Assembly: GCA_964016885.1 (NCBI GenBank)
Contig: OZ024750.1
Span: forward strand, 51,522,001-51,586,000
Origin: Eledone cirrhosa
Taxonomy: Eukaryota
Reading direction: 5' to 3'
Length of the DNA stretch: 64,000 nt
The notes under the pieces are model-generated. The model had not been told where the DNA came from and did not search any database. It saw nothing but the letters and a program-made list of their open reading frames with translations. Within the stretch, counting starts at the first letter, position 1. Each line of letters starts with the position of its first letter. The translations under genes and the position numbers were made by a program. Positions 40,912 through 54,293 of this stretch are shown here, in pieces.

Positions 40912-42156
40912 GATGCGGACGGTATTTGAGGACAGATTTATGGTTTTAAAAAAATGCTTATATAATAACAGAAAAAAACTGTATTCTTATAAAAATAACA
41001 AACATAAAGCTAAATTATCAATTTAATAATTTCATTCAATAAACTACCTCTACATGTGGTTCAAATCGTTTTCAAGCTCGTTTTCAAGTGGTCCTTGTTC
41101 ATATCGGACATCACTCGAACCATGACGGCTTTCAAAGGATCTTTGGAGCTATTGGGGTGTTCGTTGAGATTTTTCTCAACAATGTTCCATACATACTAGT
41201 CCAGTGGATTGAGATCTGGAGAATTAGGAGGCCAAATGCTGGGGGTGATGTGATCATGCAATTTTACGCCCATTCATTCTTGTATCATTTGAGCATTGTG
41301 TGATGGTGCAGATCTTGTTAAAATACATAAGGCCTTCCATTGCATAGACTGTTGATCCAAGACTTAACAACTTTATCCAGAACCTCAATGTACGCAGCAG
41401 CATTCACCCTAAGGCCTTGTGGAAAAAGTGAGGAGGATCACATGTCCTTCATTGCTATCAACACCCAAAACCATGACACTTGCAGGAAATGTTGTGTGCA
41501 TTACTCTTGGAACCTCAAAAGGGACTGCACATAGCCACCTGTCATTTCTTCTGTTAGTTTGGTCGTCCTGGTCAGTCAAAGTTTTTCTCATCTGAGAAAA
41601 ACCACATCACACCATCTTCTGATGTATTTTTATGTTTCTTTAAATGTCTTTTGGATCTGATTAAACGGTTTTCTTTTGTTTTTTCTGATATGAATTGACC
41701 TCTCCTCTTCAGGTAAGATTTGTATCTGATGTCTTCATGCTCAACATTTCTCATTGTTTTTTTCTGACACACCAACATTTTTTGCAATTGACCTCATTGA
41801 TTTTCCTGGATTGTCATCAATGTTTTGCTTAACTTCTGGAATAGATTTAGGTGTCCTGATAGAATCAGAGCATTTGGAATCTTTTTTTACGTTTTGATAC
41901 AGGTAATACGCTTCCATCTTCTTTCTCTAACTCATACCGAATCTTGTGGACAAAAGATCTTGCAACTTTCAGAAAACGAGAAATCACTAAATCACCGTGC
42001 TTAGCCTTCAAAGCCACAATCACAACATACCTTTTCATTTCATTAGTAAGCATAGTTATTTTCATTGTTATTTTCTGAAATAGAAGTTCAATAAAAATTA
42101 GTCAAATATAATAATGACTAAAAATGCATGTGTCCTCAAATACCGTCCGCACCCTG
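40909..42156 (-). mobile_element. Tc1/mariner superfamily transposon (maT/DD37D-like), full length, decayed transposase
   Basis: TIRs CAGG(A/G)TGCGGACGGTATTTGAGGACA, TA flanks; WFFSDEKNF, NRRNDRW, FPASVMVLGV, WPPNSPDLNPLD. Confidence 0.9.
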
Positions 42157-42409
42157 TATATGATTTTGGATTCGTAATCGTGTGGTTGTGATTTCGATTC
42201 CCAGACCGGCTGATGGGTTATGTCCTTGAGCAAGACACTTTATTTCACGTTGCTCCTTCTACCTGGAGTTGCTACCGATAGAGAGTATTAGCAATTGGAA
42301 AGACCAATGGAAACAGTGATTCCTCGGTCCGATTTCACAAGCTCCACCCTACTTGATAAGCGAATGAGGTCTGGGATCTTGTCGATTGACAGTCGATATA
42401 TATATGTGC

Positions 42410-42506
<97 letters not shown>

Positions 42507-44155
42507 TGTATGTATGTATGTATGTATGTATCTGTGTGTGTTTGTGTGTGTGTGTGATTGAAAATGCTTGTAGGTAACAACTCACTATCAATAGAAAGCC
42601 ACTCAATACATTTGAGGTAGAGTTGCGATAATGGTTTGAAAGAGTTTGAAAAACTGCAGAAAGAAAATTTAAAAAGAATGTACGTTAGAGTGAGTACGGC
42701 AGCTTTCTACGTTAAAAGATACTTTGGCTCAATACTTCCATCACAATGCAACTGTAACCTAAGCCAATAGAACAGCCGAACTCCCACTGTCATCGCCTTC
42801 ATCTCTGTGGCCCTCTCCATCTCTCCGTATGGTGAGCAAATGGGGTCCCATATGCTGGCCTCATCACAGCCCCGGTGGACAGAATGGAGAAGGCGTTTCC
42901 CCGGAGGATGGTAAGGGAAATTCGCTGGAAGAGCCATTCCAACTCGCGAGGCTCACACCTGCAGCTGGCCAACTCAGCGCCTATGGTGGTGAGTAGGGAG
43001 GTAGCTCTAGTTACGGCCCTTTACATTCTGAGTACAAATCCCTCCGAGGTTAGCTGTTAATTTCATCCTTACAGAGGTCGATAAAATAAAGTACCAGTAA
43101 CACAGAAGATGATTTAATCGATTTCCCCTCCCCTTTAAATTAATGACTTTCTTCCAAAAGTGTTACTGCAGTCTTGTCCGTGGGGCACAGCCTCATTACC
43201 GCCCCACCCTAAGCCCAGAGCCCACTCACACTCCCCATTCTTCTGTGATATTAAAATCTTTGCTATTCCAACCCTTTTCCATTGCTTTTTTTATTTATAT
43301 ATATTTTCCTATTTTAAATTCCATTCTTTTTTCTCAATCTAAATTATCTTTTTTTTTTATTTTTCTATTAAACTGTATTTACCAGATATATTCCGTAAAT
43401 AGAAATATCTATAGATCCATTACATGGGGAATTCAAATCTTATTAATGCACAAGTCTAGACATTTGTGGGGAGGTGAAAGGGGATTAAATCACATCCAGT
43501 ATATGACTGGTACTTTCATGTCATCAATCCCGAAAAAAAAAAGAAAGACATAATTGACCTCGGCAAGATTGGAACTCAGAGTTGAGACAACCAGAACCAG
43601 TAGACAAAGAATTGATCAGGACTTCTAGCGATTCTGTCATTTCACCGCATTCCAAAAGTTAATATCGTTGCTTAAAAACCTTTATTGTAATTTCCTTCAT
43701 TTCCTTCCTCCTTCAAACCGTCCACAGTTGACTGGATTATTGCTACAACGAAATACTTATTAACTTTACATTAAATAGTCGGATTAATAGGTACACTAAG
43801 CGGTTTCGTCAAGATATAAAGTGGTTAAGAATGGCGACAATACAAGGCTACGCTGTTAAAATCAATGTATTTCATTCCTTAATATATATTACATAAAAGG
43901 CGACATCTATGAGAGGATGCTTCGAGAATGTTCCATAGCAATCATTATTTCCATCGGTTTTATTAGTTTCTTACAATTTACACTCACATCCATGTAATTA
44001 CAGTTGTCTTTCAAAGCTTCACATTCTGTATTATTTCGCCTATATTTAGGACGAGCACCGATTTCATATATGTAAACCACTTGTTCTTTTATTGATATTC
44101 TCCATTTGGCACCGAATATAATGTAGTGTAATATAATATCATATATTATAATGCA

Positions 44156-44187
<32 letters not shown>

Positions 44188-44253
44188 ATACGTATATATA
44201 TACATGCATATAAACATATATCCATATATATCCATATAATATATAAATATATA

Positions 44254-44497
44254 TACATATGAAAATGAGAAATTCATCGCTAGAACAGCCGCTAAAACAG
44301 CTAAATGCAGTCAAAGACAACGATGGGCAAAAATGCCTCAGATGGCAAAGACCAGCGGCCAGAGGTCAACAGAGAGACAATCTCTCTGTTGACCACTGGC
44401 CGTTGGTCTCGGAGGCATTTTTGCCCATCGTTGTCTTTGACGGCATTTAGCTGTTTTAGCGGCTGTTCTAGCGATTCATTTCTCATTTTCATGTGTA
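44254..44497. repeat. Long near-perfect hairpin (about 120-bp arms, 3-nt loop CAA)
   Basis: GAAAATGAGAAAT..GGTCAACAGAGAGA caa TCTCTCTGTTGACC..ATTTCTCATTTTC. Confidence 0.9.
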
Positions 44498-44697
44498 TTC
44501 AAATACACTTTTGCATTATCTCGATCAGAGACAACATTGTTTTAAATATATATATATATATATATATATTTATCTATCTTTGCACTCGGCCCTTGAAAAA
44601 ATTGATTCCACTTCATTTACTCTCATCTCGGGAACAGTTTTGGATAGCGCTAGTTCGTAATTTAAATTCAAGATTTTATATTCTTTGAATGAAAAGA

Positions 44698-44781
44698 ACC
44701 TTCTGACGAGAATCTTTCTTTGCAACGAAGGCCGTATGGACTCCGTTTATTTTTGAGATTCGAAACCGATTCGGTAAAGGT
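44698..44781 (+). ncRNA. Canonical type I hammerhead ribozyme
   Basis: ACCTT/AAGGT, CTGACGA, GAATCT/AGATTC, GAAA, CCG att CGG, GTA cleavage triplet. Confidence 0.88.
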
Positions 44782-44871
44782 CACTATAGTAAGTAAAGTT
44801 AATTTTTTTTTATTTATTTTGAAACTTTTTCCTTATTTGCTAAACCTTGATTATATATATATATATATATA

Positions 44872-45277
44872 TATGGAATAGAATGAAACGAAATTTCATT
44901 TCTCACTCTTAGTACGGCACTTACTTAAATGTAAGTATGTATACGTACATACATATATGTATACAGACATACAGTAGTATGTATATATATACATATATGC
45001 ACACATATATATATATGCACGTATCGGTTTACCGAACATTTATTATAATGCTCAGTTTGTTTGTAAACAAACAAACAGCCCGAATTACGCCGTACAGTGT
45101 TTAGGCAACCACGTCACCTTTTTGTTCAACACTGACACAGGAACGATGTACTAGTTTCAAGCTTATTATCTATCGTCAGCATCGTATACCTTCCTTCCAG
45201 ATGGTTGAACGTCTGAAAGTATATACTTTCCTTATGCATATTAACGGCTGAGCAGCCTAATTTGCATAGCGAGTGAT
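44872..45277 (-). mobile_element. Single monomer of the ~426-nt retrozyme-like family, with hammerhead at 45143-45185
   Basis: Homologous to 51355-51775; minus strand ACGATG-CTGACGA-..-GAAA-CTAG-TA-CATCGT. Confidence 0.8.
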
Positions 45278-46054
45278 ATATATATATCCATATATATATA
45301 TATTGTAGAAGATTCACGTCCAATGTGCTACGCAGTAGACTGATCTCAAAATCATGTGATCGTTAAACGAACCTGTTAACCACATCGCCATGGTTGCGTG
45401 TATCTACTTTCTATTCATACGTTCACCTCAACATCTGATATCATAGTGTTAAGTCTGAATATTTACCTCATCTTACATTTAAAATAAAGCCCTCAACCCC
45501 GCTGTGGGTGGTCTCCCCGCGTCCTACACATATTTACCACCCACAATAAATTAGCTATTAATATAAACACTGTCCACCGAAAGCAAAACACAGATGGATG
45601 TTTTTAAATCAATATATTTGTCGTAATTAGTTAAAGGAATAACAATTAAAAAATAGAAATAAAAACTCTTTAATATAAAAACAAAAAACATTGTAGTACC
45701 AAATAATCTCAATATACTAATATTCCTGGAAATAGAGTTTTTATCTGTAGAATAGTCCATTGAAATACTGAAACCTGTATTCGTGAGTGAATGAATAGAA
45801 TTATACCAAGGACAAACTGTATTATGGCTTATATAAGCGTCACGATCAAAGCCAACGCAATTCTGTCTTCAATAAGTCGTATTGCATTGATCTGCAAGGC
45901 ATACACAGAGTATCGTGACATCGAAGAGCTAACATTCTTTCGTAGAAGCAGTAGTAGCTTCTCTTTTTGGTCGACAAATGATTACATTTCACATTATTGT
46001 TGTGGGTGTTTCCTTTAGAAACCACACTACATCAAACTACACTTGTGCAATAAC

Positions 46055-46146
46055 TCCCTCTCTCCCCCTTTATCTCTCTCTCTCCCTTTATCTCTCTCCA
46101 TCTTTCTCTCTCTCTCTCTCTCTCTTTATCTCTCTCTCTCTCTTTA

Positions 46147-46177
<31 letters not shown>

Positions 46178-48221
46178 TTCTCTTTCTCTCTTTCTCTCTC
46201 TCTATTTCTCTCTCTCTCCCTCTTTCTATTTCTCCATATTTGTCTCCCTCTTTCTCTCTCTCCCTCTTTCTATCTCTCTCTCACTCTCTTCCTCTCTCAC
46301 CCTCTTCCTATCTCTCCCTTTCTCACTCTTTCTCTCTCTTTCACTCTCTCCCTCGCTCTATTTATCTACCTATCTGTCTATCTATCAATCCCTCTCTCCC
46401 TGTATCTCTATATCTCACTCTCTCACTGTCCCTTCCCCCCTCCCCATCTCCCCTTTACCTCCCCCCTCTCTCCCCCTCTCTCTCTCTCTCTCTGCCAAAG
46501 TAAATTGACATTACGAAATCTCAGAATGTTTCACTTAAAAGGTCACTTGTTAATTGTAAGGTTTATAGCGGAATATGGCGCATTCACTCCCACACACATG
46601 GACGTGCACACACACACACACGCACACACATATGAAACACACAAACATATGAATACATACTCACACACACATGTACACGCGCACACACACAAACACATCT
46701 GAATACATACTCACACACACACACAGACATATGAATACATACTCACACACACATGTACACACACACACACACACATGTACACACACACACACATATGAAT
46801 ACATACTCACACACAAACATGTACACACACACACATATGAATACATACCCACACGCACATACATATGCGAACGCACGCACATGCACACACGCACGCAAGA
46901 ACACATACATATATACATACGTACACATCCAAACAGGTACATGCATATGCACACACATACATATATTTACACTATTAGGATTTGTTCAACACGCTGACAC
47001 GTATGTGTGTGTGTGTGCGTGTGTGTGCATATGTGTCTGTGTGTGTGTGCGCGTGTATGTGCATATGGGTGTGTGTGTGTGTGCATATGTGTGTGTGTGT
47101 GTGCATAAGTGTGTGTGTGCGTGTATGTACATATGTGTGTGTGTGTGCGTGTATGTACATATGTGTGTGTGTGCGTGTATGTGCATATGTATGTGTGTGT
47201 GTGTATGCATATCTGTGTGTGCGTGTATATGGATATGTGCGTGTGGGTGCATATGTGTGTGTGCATATGTGTGTGTATGTGCATGTGTATGTGTGCATGT
47301 GTGTGTGCATATATGCGTGTGCATATGTGTGTGTGCATATGTGTGTGTGCGTGTATGTGCATATGTATGTGCGTGTGTGTGTATGCATAGGTGTGTGTGC
47401 GTGTATATGGATATGTGCGTGTGGGTGCATATGTGTGTGTGTGTGTGCATATGTGTGTGTATGTGCATGTGTGTGTGTGCATATGTGTGTGTATGTGTGT
47501 GCATATATGCGTGTGCATATGTGTGTGTGCATATATGTGTGTGCATGTGTGTGTGTATGTGCATATGTGTGTGTATGTGCATATATGTGTGTGTGTGCAT
47601 AGGTGTGTGTGTATGTGCATTTATGTGTGTGCATATGTGTGTGTATGTACATATATGTGTGTATGTGCATATATGTATGTGTGTGTGCATATGTGTGTGC
47701 GTATGTGCATATGTGTATGTATGTGCATATGTGTGTGTGTTTGCATATATGCGTGCTTATGTGCATATGTGTGTATATGTGCATATATATGTGTGTATGT
47801 GTGTGTGTGCGTAATGTGCATATATGTGTGTATTTTCATATGTGTGTGTATGTGCATGTGTGTGTGTGCATATGTCTGTGTGTATCTGCATATGTGTGTG
47901 TATGTGCATATGTGTGTGTATGTGACTGTGTGTGCGTGTGCATATGTGTGTGTGTATGTGCATGTGTGCGTGTGTGTATGTGCATATATGTTTGTGTGTG
48001 CGTGTATGTGCATATATGTTTGTGTGTATGTGCATTTATATATATGAGTATATAAATATAAACGCGTAAAGACACACACTTACAAAATTACTCACACACA
48101 TACATTCAAACAAACACAAACACACAGACACACACACACACACACACCTATACTCACACACAGCATAGCAAATGGAAAGCCAGCCGCTGTTTTACTATAG
48201 TTTTTCACCATCTCTTCCTTC

Positions 48222-48258
<37 letters not shown>

Positions 48259-48512
48259 ATACGCACACACAGACACACACACACACGCACACACACATAC
48301 ACACACACACGCACACACACATACACACACACGTACACACGCACACACGCACACATTGCGTGATGGACGGAAGTCGCTCAAATTTATATATAGGTTAGGC
48401 AGGCACACACATACACCATATATATATGCACACACGCACACACATACACACATGCATGCACACATACACATACACACACATATACATACATACACATTCA
48501 CACACACACATA

Positions 48513-48565
<53 letters not shown>

Positions 48566-48700
48566 TACATACAGAAACATACACGCTCACATACAAACAC
48601 ATACAAACACAAATATACACACATACATATTCACACAAACACATTTACACATATATACACATACACACACATATATACACACGCGTAATTTTACACAAAC
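46055..48700. repeat. Compound microsatellite block: (CT)n, (CA)n, (GT)n/GCATAT-interspersed, (CA)n/(TA)n
   Basis: Visible. Confidence 0.92.
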
Positions 48701-49057
48701 ATAGACTAATATGAGTGAAAAGTTGTTTTATGAAATTGTACTATTGATCATATAATGTGGTGTAGGTGTGTGAATATATGTGTGTGTATTTATAAATATA
48801 TATATATATATATATAAATGAAAGTTAGAGTTAATAACTCTTACTGAAACCATGTAATCAATAAGCTCCAAGTATAAATACTGAGCATTATAATAATAAT
48901 ATATATGTAGTAAGAAACACAGTAAATCAGTAAACCGTGTGTCTAATATTACGAGGGTTGAAAGACCACATTTGTTTGAAATATTTAACCATGAAGCAGA
49001 CAGGATGATAAAATAAAATTATATTATATTATACAAACCGCCTCAATAACAATTACA

Positions 49058-49137
49058 TCTCTCGGACAGATTGGGGATAATCTGTTTCGCCCTGAGTGTG
49101 TTTGTAACAGATAATCCTGGGCATCATCAGCGAGAGA
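49058..49137 (-). ncRNA. Canonical type I hammerhead (antisense arm)
   Basis: Reverse complement of 49292-49371 with intact core. Confidence 0.88.
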
Positions 49138-49291
49138 ATCTGATTAAATGCGACAAACACCTAGTATCAACGTTCACACAGAAAGATAAATTTATCCCCT
49201 CGTGCGCCGTAAGTCAAAAGTGGTATGAGTGTATTGGTTAGAAACAACAGTGTGAACGTTGGTACTAGGTGTTTGTCGCATTTAATCAGAT

Positions 49292-49371
49292 TCTCTCGCT
49301 GATGATGCCCAGGATTATCTGTTACAAACACATTCAGGGCGAAACAGATTATCCCTAATCTGTCCGAGAGA
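49292..49371 (+). ncRNA. Canonical type I hammerhead
   Basis: TCTCTCG/CGAGAGA, CTGATGA, GCCC/GGGC, GAAA, CAGATT/AATCTG, GTC triplet. Confidence 0.9.
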
Positions 49372-49535
49372 TGTAATTGTTATTGAGGCGGTTTGTATAA
49401 TATAATTTTATTTTATTTCATCATTCTGTCTGCTTCATGGTTAAATATTTCAAACAAATGTGGTCTTTCAACCCTTGTAATATTAGACACACGGTTTACT
49501 GATTTACTGTGTTTCTTACTACATATATATTATTA

Positions 49536-49595
<60 letters not shown>

Positions 49596-49617
49596 ATTTA
49601 TATATATATATATATAT

Positions 49618-50572
<955 letters not shown>

Positions 50573-50587
50573 ATATATATATATATA

Positions 50588-51297
50588 TAAATAAATGTAA
50601 TCTGAGTTTTTCGAATATTAATAATAACATTCGATTCGTTTGCAATTATGCAAAAAAGTCTTAATTTTATAGCCATGTCAGTAGAATGAACACTTCATTC
50701 TTGCTCTTGTGTTGGCACGCGAACAGAACTGCAGACATTAATGTTTCTGAGTATCAACCTTCATCAGTACAGCTCACTGTTCACCTGCCAACTGTATGAG
50801 CTAGTGAAAATATATGCTATTTTCAAAAATACACAGTGACTGATCGGCCTGATTTGCATATTAGCAGACTGGCTGATCAGTCAGGTCTGCATATCAGCAG
50901 ATCCACTGATCAGCCAGATTTGCATATCAGCAGACTGGCCAGTCCGTTTCCTGTATACGAGCGATAAATGGCCGGCTTTGCCAAATTCAAATAAATAAGA
51001 AAATTTCGCTCTACATGGCTGAATACAATAAATGTAATCTGCGTTTTTCGAATATTAATAATAACATTCGATTCGTTAGCAATTATGCAAATAAGCCTCA
51101 ATTTTATAGTCATGTCAGTGATAGGTGATACCCAGAAACATTAGTCTCTGCAGTTCTGTTTATATACCAACACAAGAGCAAGAAAGAAGGGTTCATTCTA
51201 CTGACATGGCTATAAAATTGAGGCTTGTTTGCATAATTGCAAACGAATCAAATATTATTATTAATATTCGAAAAACTCAGATTACATTTATTGCTTT

Positions 51298-51300
<3 letters not shown>
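50588..51300. mobile_element. Partial tandem plus inverted element; hammerhead at 50729-50772 (-)
   Basis: Minus strand CTGTA-CTGATGA-AGGTTGATACTCA-GAAA-CATTAATG-TC-TGCAG; direct repeat 50588/51027 and inverted copy 51120-51292. Confidence 0.75.
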
Positions 51301-51354
<54 letters not shown>

Positions 51355-51357
<3 letters not shown>

Positions 51358-51481
51358 GGAAAAGAATGAAACGAAATTTCATTTCTCACTCTTAGTACGG
51401 CTTGATACCTAAATATAAGTATGCATACGTACATACATATATGTGTACAGACGCACAGTAGTATGTATATATATATACATG

Positions 51482-51536
<55 letters not shown>

Positions 51537-52415
51537 GTATGGGTTTACAGAACATTTATTATTATGTTCGTTTTTTTGTAAACAAACAGCCCGAATTATG
51601 CCGTACAGTGCTCAGTAACCATCGTCGCCCTTTTGTTCAACACTGACACAGGAACGATGTACTAGTTTCAAGCTTATTAGCTATCATCAGCATCGTATAC
51701 ATTTCTGTCAGATGGTTGAACGTCTGAAAGTATATACTTTCCTTATGCATATTAACGGCTGAGCAGCCTAATTTCCACTTATCGTTTTCGGTATGCCCGG
51801 CCGACTAACCAACTCGATATGCAACTTAGGCTGCTCAGTCGTTAATATTCATAAGGAAAGTATACACTTTCAGACGTTCAACCATCTGACAGAAAGTATA
51901 CGATGCTGACGATAGCTAATAAGCTTAAAACCAATACATTGTTCCTGTGATAGTGAACAAAAGGGCGACGATGGTTGCCGAGCACTGTACGGCATAATTC
52001 GGGCCGTTTGTTTACAAACAAACCGAACATTATAATAAATGTTGGGTAAACCCATTCGTACATATATATATGTGTGCATATATATATATATATACAAACT
52101 ACTGTGCGTCTGTACACATATATGTATGTACGTATGCATACTTATATTTAGGTATCAGCCGTACTAAGAGTGAGAAATGAAATTTCGTTTCATTCTTTTC
52201 CATTTATCGTTTTAGGTATGCCCGGCCGACTAACTCACTCGATATGCAAATTAGGCTGCTCCTCCGTTAATATGCAGGAGGAAAGTATATACTTTCAGAC
52301 GTTCAACCATCTGACTGAAAGGTACACGATGCTGACGATAGCTAATAAGCTTGAAACTAGTTCATCGTTCCAGTGTCAGTGTTGAACAAAAGGGCGACGA
52401 TGGTTGCTGAGCAGT
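51355..52415. mobile_element. Retrozyme-like array: one inverted monomer plus 1.5 direct tandem monomers (about 426 nt); hammerheads at 51654-51696 (-), 51900-51942 (+, degenerate) and 52326-52368 (+)
   Basis: ACGATG/CATCGT stem I, CTGA(T/C)GA, AGCT aata AGCT stem II, GAAA, ACTAGT palindromic stem III; no coding capacity. Confidence 0.82.
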
Positions 52416-52509
52416 GTATGTGTATATATATATATATATACATACATTATTTTCTCTCTATATAAAGGTGTGATGTCAGTTGAGAAGATACCTTCACTTT
52501 CCATTATCG

Positions 52510-53700
52510 TTGTGTGACAGAATCAGTAGAGTGTCGGACAGGACAAAATGTGTTATTTAGTTACGGCTTATTATGATCTGAGTTCAAATCCTGCCTAGAT
52601 CAAGTTTATCTCCGCAACAAATACCGTAAAACGTTATACCCAACTCGGCCCTTTACGACCTTTTGGGATTGGCAGTATCAGTAGAGGGTCGGATGCTATG
52701 CTTTGCAACATAGAGTTATGGACCTTTATGGTCTGAGTTCAAATCCCGCCGAGGTTAGTTTTCTCTTTCATCCTTACGGGGTCGATAAAATAAAGTACCA
52801 GTAATGCACTGGGATAATTGCTGACTTTGTGCCAAAGGTAGAAACAATTATTTTTTACTCACGCGACCCTTCACGTTCGAAGTTCAAATCCCGCCAAGGT
52901 TAGCTTTGCTTTTCATCCTTACGGGGTCAATAAAATAAAACACCAGTAATGCACTGGGGTCGATTTAATCGACTTTCCCCCAAAAAAAGAATTGCTGGCC
53001 TTTTAGGGCCCTTTACGTTCTGAGTTCAAATCCCGCCGAGGTTAACTTTGCTTTTCATCCTTACGGGGTCGATAAAATAAAGTACCAGTAATACACTGGC
53101 GTAACTGCTGGTCTTGTGCCAAAAGTAGAAACAATTATAGCGATATTTTCAAATAATTGTTTCTACTTTTGGCACAAGGCCAGCAATTACCCAGTGCATT
53201 ACTGGTACTTTATTTTATCGACCCCGTAAGGATGAAAGGCAAAGTTAACCTCGGCGGGATTTGAACTCAGAATGGCAAGGGCCATAACTCCATGCGTGAA
53301 AGCATGGCGTTCAATAGTAATTTCATTTGTTTTGCCATTAAGGAAAAGAATTATTCAAATCCCATTCATTCATGAAATTACTAGAAACATTAAAAACTGG
53401 TGGGGGGGGGGGGGCGGTATATAAACCGATTGACAAAGCAAAGGTAAAGATGTGTAAAAATAAAATGAATAGGGATCAGGGACATTATATAAAGAAGGCA
53501 TATGTTATTATTAATGTTTAGATAGGGGCTGCGGATTGGCGGTATCGGTATAGCGTCGGACAACATGCTTTGCGGGATGTAGTTACCACCCTTTACGTTC
53601 AAACCCCGCTGAGGTTAGATTTGCATGTCCTCCTTACGGGGCTCGATAAAATAAAGTACCAGTAAAACACTGGGGTCGATTTATTTAACTTTCTCCTTCT
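52510..53700. mobile_element. Cluster of at least 6 SINE copies, including a tail-to-tail inverted pair (53018-53138 / 53153-53272)
   Basis: Repeated B-box plus core in both orientations. Confidence 0.87.
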
Positions 53701-53890
53701 CTGCAAATTTACTACTAATAATAATTGTTTCTGATAATGTTTGTGGTGTAGCCATAGCAACAAATAAATGCCTCGCTTCTAATCACTTTTTTATGCTTTT
53801 GTGATTTTTTTATTTTCATATTAAAAGTGTCACAATATTTAACATCCATACAATTCATGGTCCCACAAAACCTGATGGAGTTGAGAAGAC

Positions 53891-54154
53891 ACCATAATGA
53901 CATACGTCTCGTCCACGGTACCATAATGACATACGTCTTGTCTACGGTACCATAATGACATACGTCTCGTCCACGGTACCATAATGACATACGTCTTGTC
54001 TACGGTACCATAATGACATGCATCTTGTTCACGGTACCATAATGACATGAATCTTGTTCAAGGTACCATAATGACATGCATCTTGTTCAAGGTACCATAA
54101 TGACATGAATCTTGTTCAAGGTACCATAATGACATTTGTCTTGTCTACGGTACC
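53891..54154. repeat. 29-bp minisatellite (CGGTACCATAATGACATACGTCTTGTCTA-like), about 9 copies
   Basis: Visible periodicity. Confidence 0.95.
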
Positions 54155-54183
54155 AGACTTTCTTGATGAACTCATCCAGCTGC
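54154..54183 (-). CDS. Candidate 30-nt host micro-exon (QLDEFIKKV), product unknown
   Basis: ttttatttAG acceptor and TG|GTACCG donor on the minus strand; downstream acceptor tcttctcaactccatcAG at 53872. Confidence 0.3.
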
Positions 54184-54293
54184 CTAAATAAAATCAACAA
54201 ATCGATTTAGTAGTCCAGCATCCAGTGTGACAAGACTTCTACCTTGTTGGTTTAATGACATATACTCTGTCTTGATAACACTTATGTGTAGCC

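Larger units (their letters stand above)
48889..49540. mobile_element. Fold-back element with about 290-bp inverted arms, one hammerhead per arm
   Basis: Arms about 48889-49179 and 49250-49540, nearly identical; followed by (TA)n. Confidence 0.88.

Noticed and set aside
42842-42900. Possible HDV-like ribozyme (GGGGT..CTG..CAG-CCCC-GG)
   Set aside because: P1 too short and P2/J4-2 could not be assigned by eye
38199-48704. Long ORFs rich in HT, CV, YI or SL dipeptides (also 31070-31728, 56105-56740 and 61250-62227)
   Set aside because: Translations of dinucleotide microsatellites
53891-54154. Common origin with the large 29-bp satellite
   Set aside because: Same period, but only about 6 nt (TGTCAT) shared
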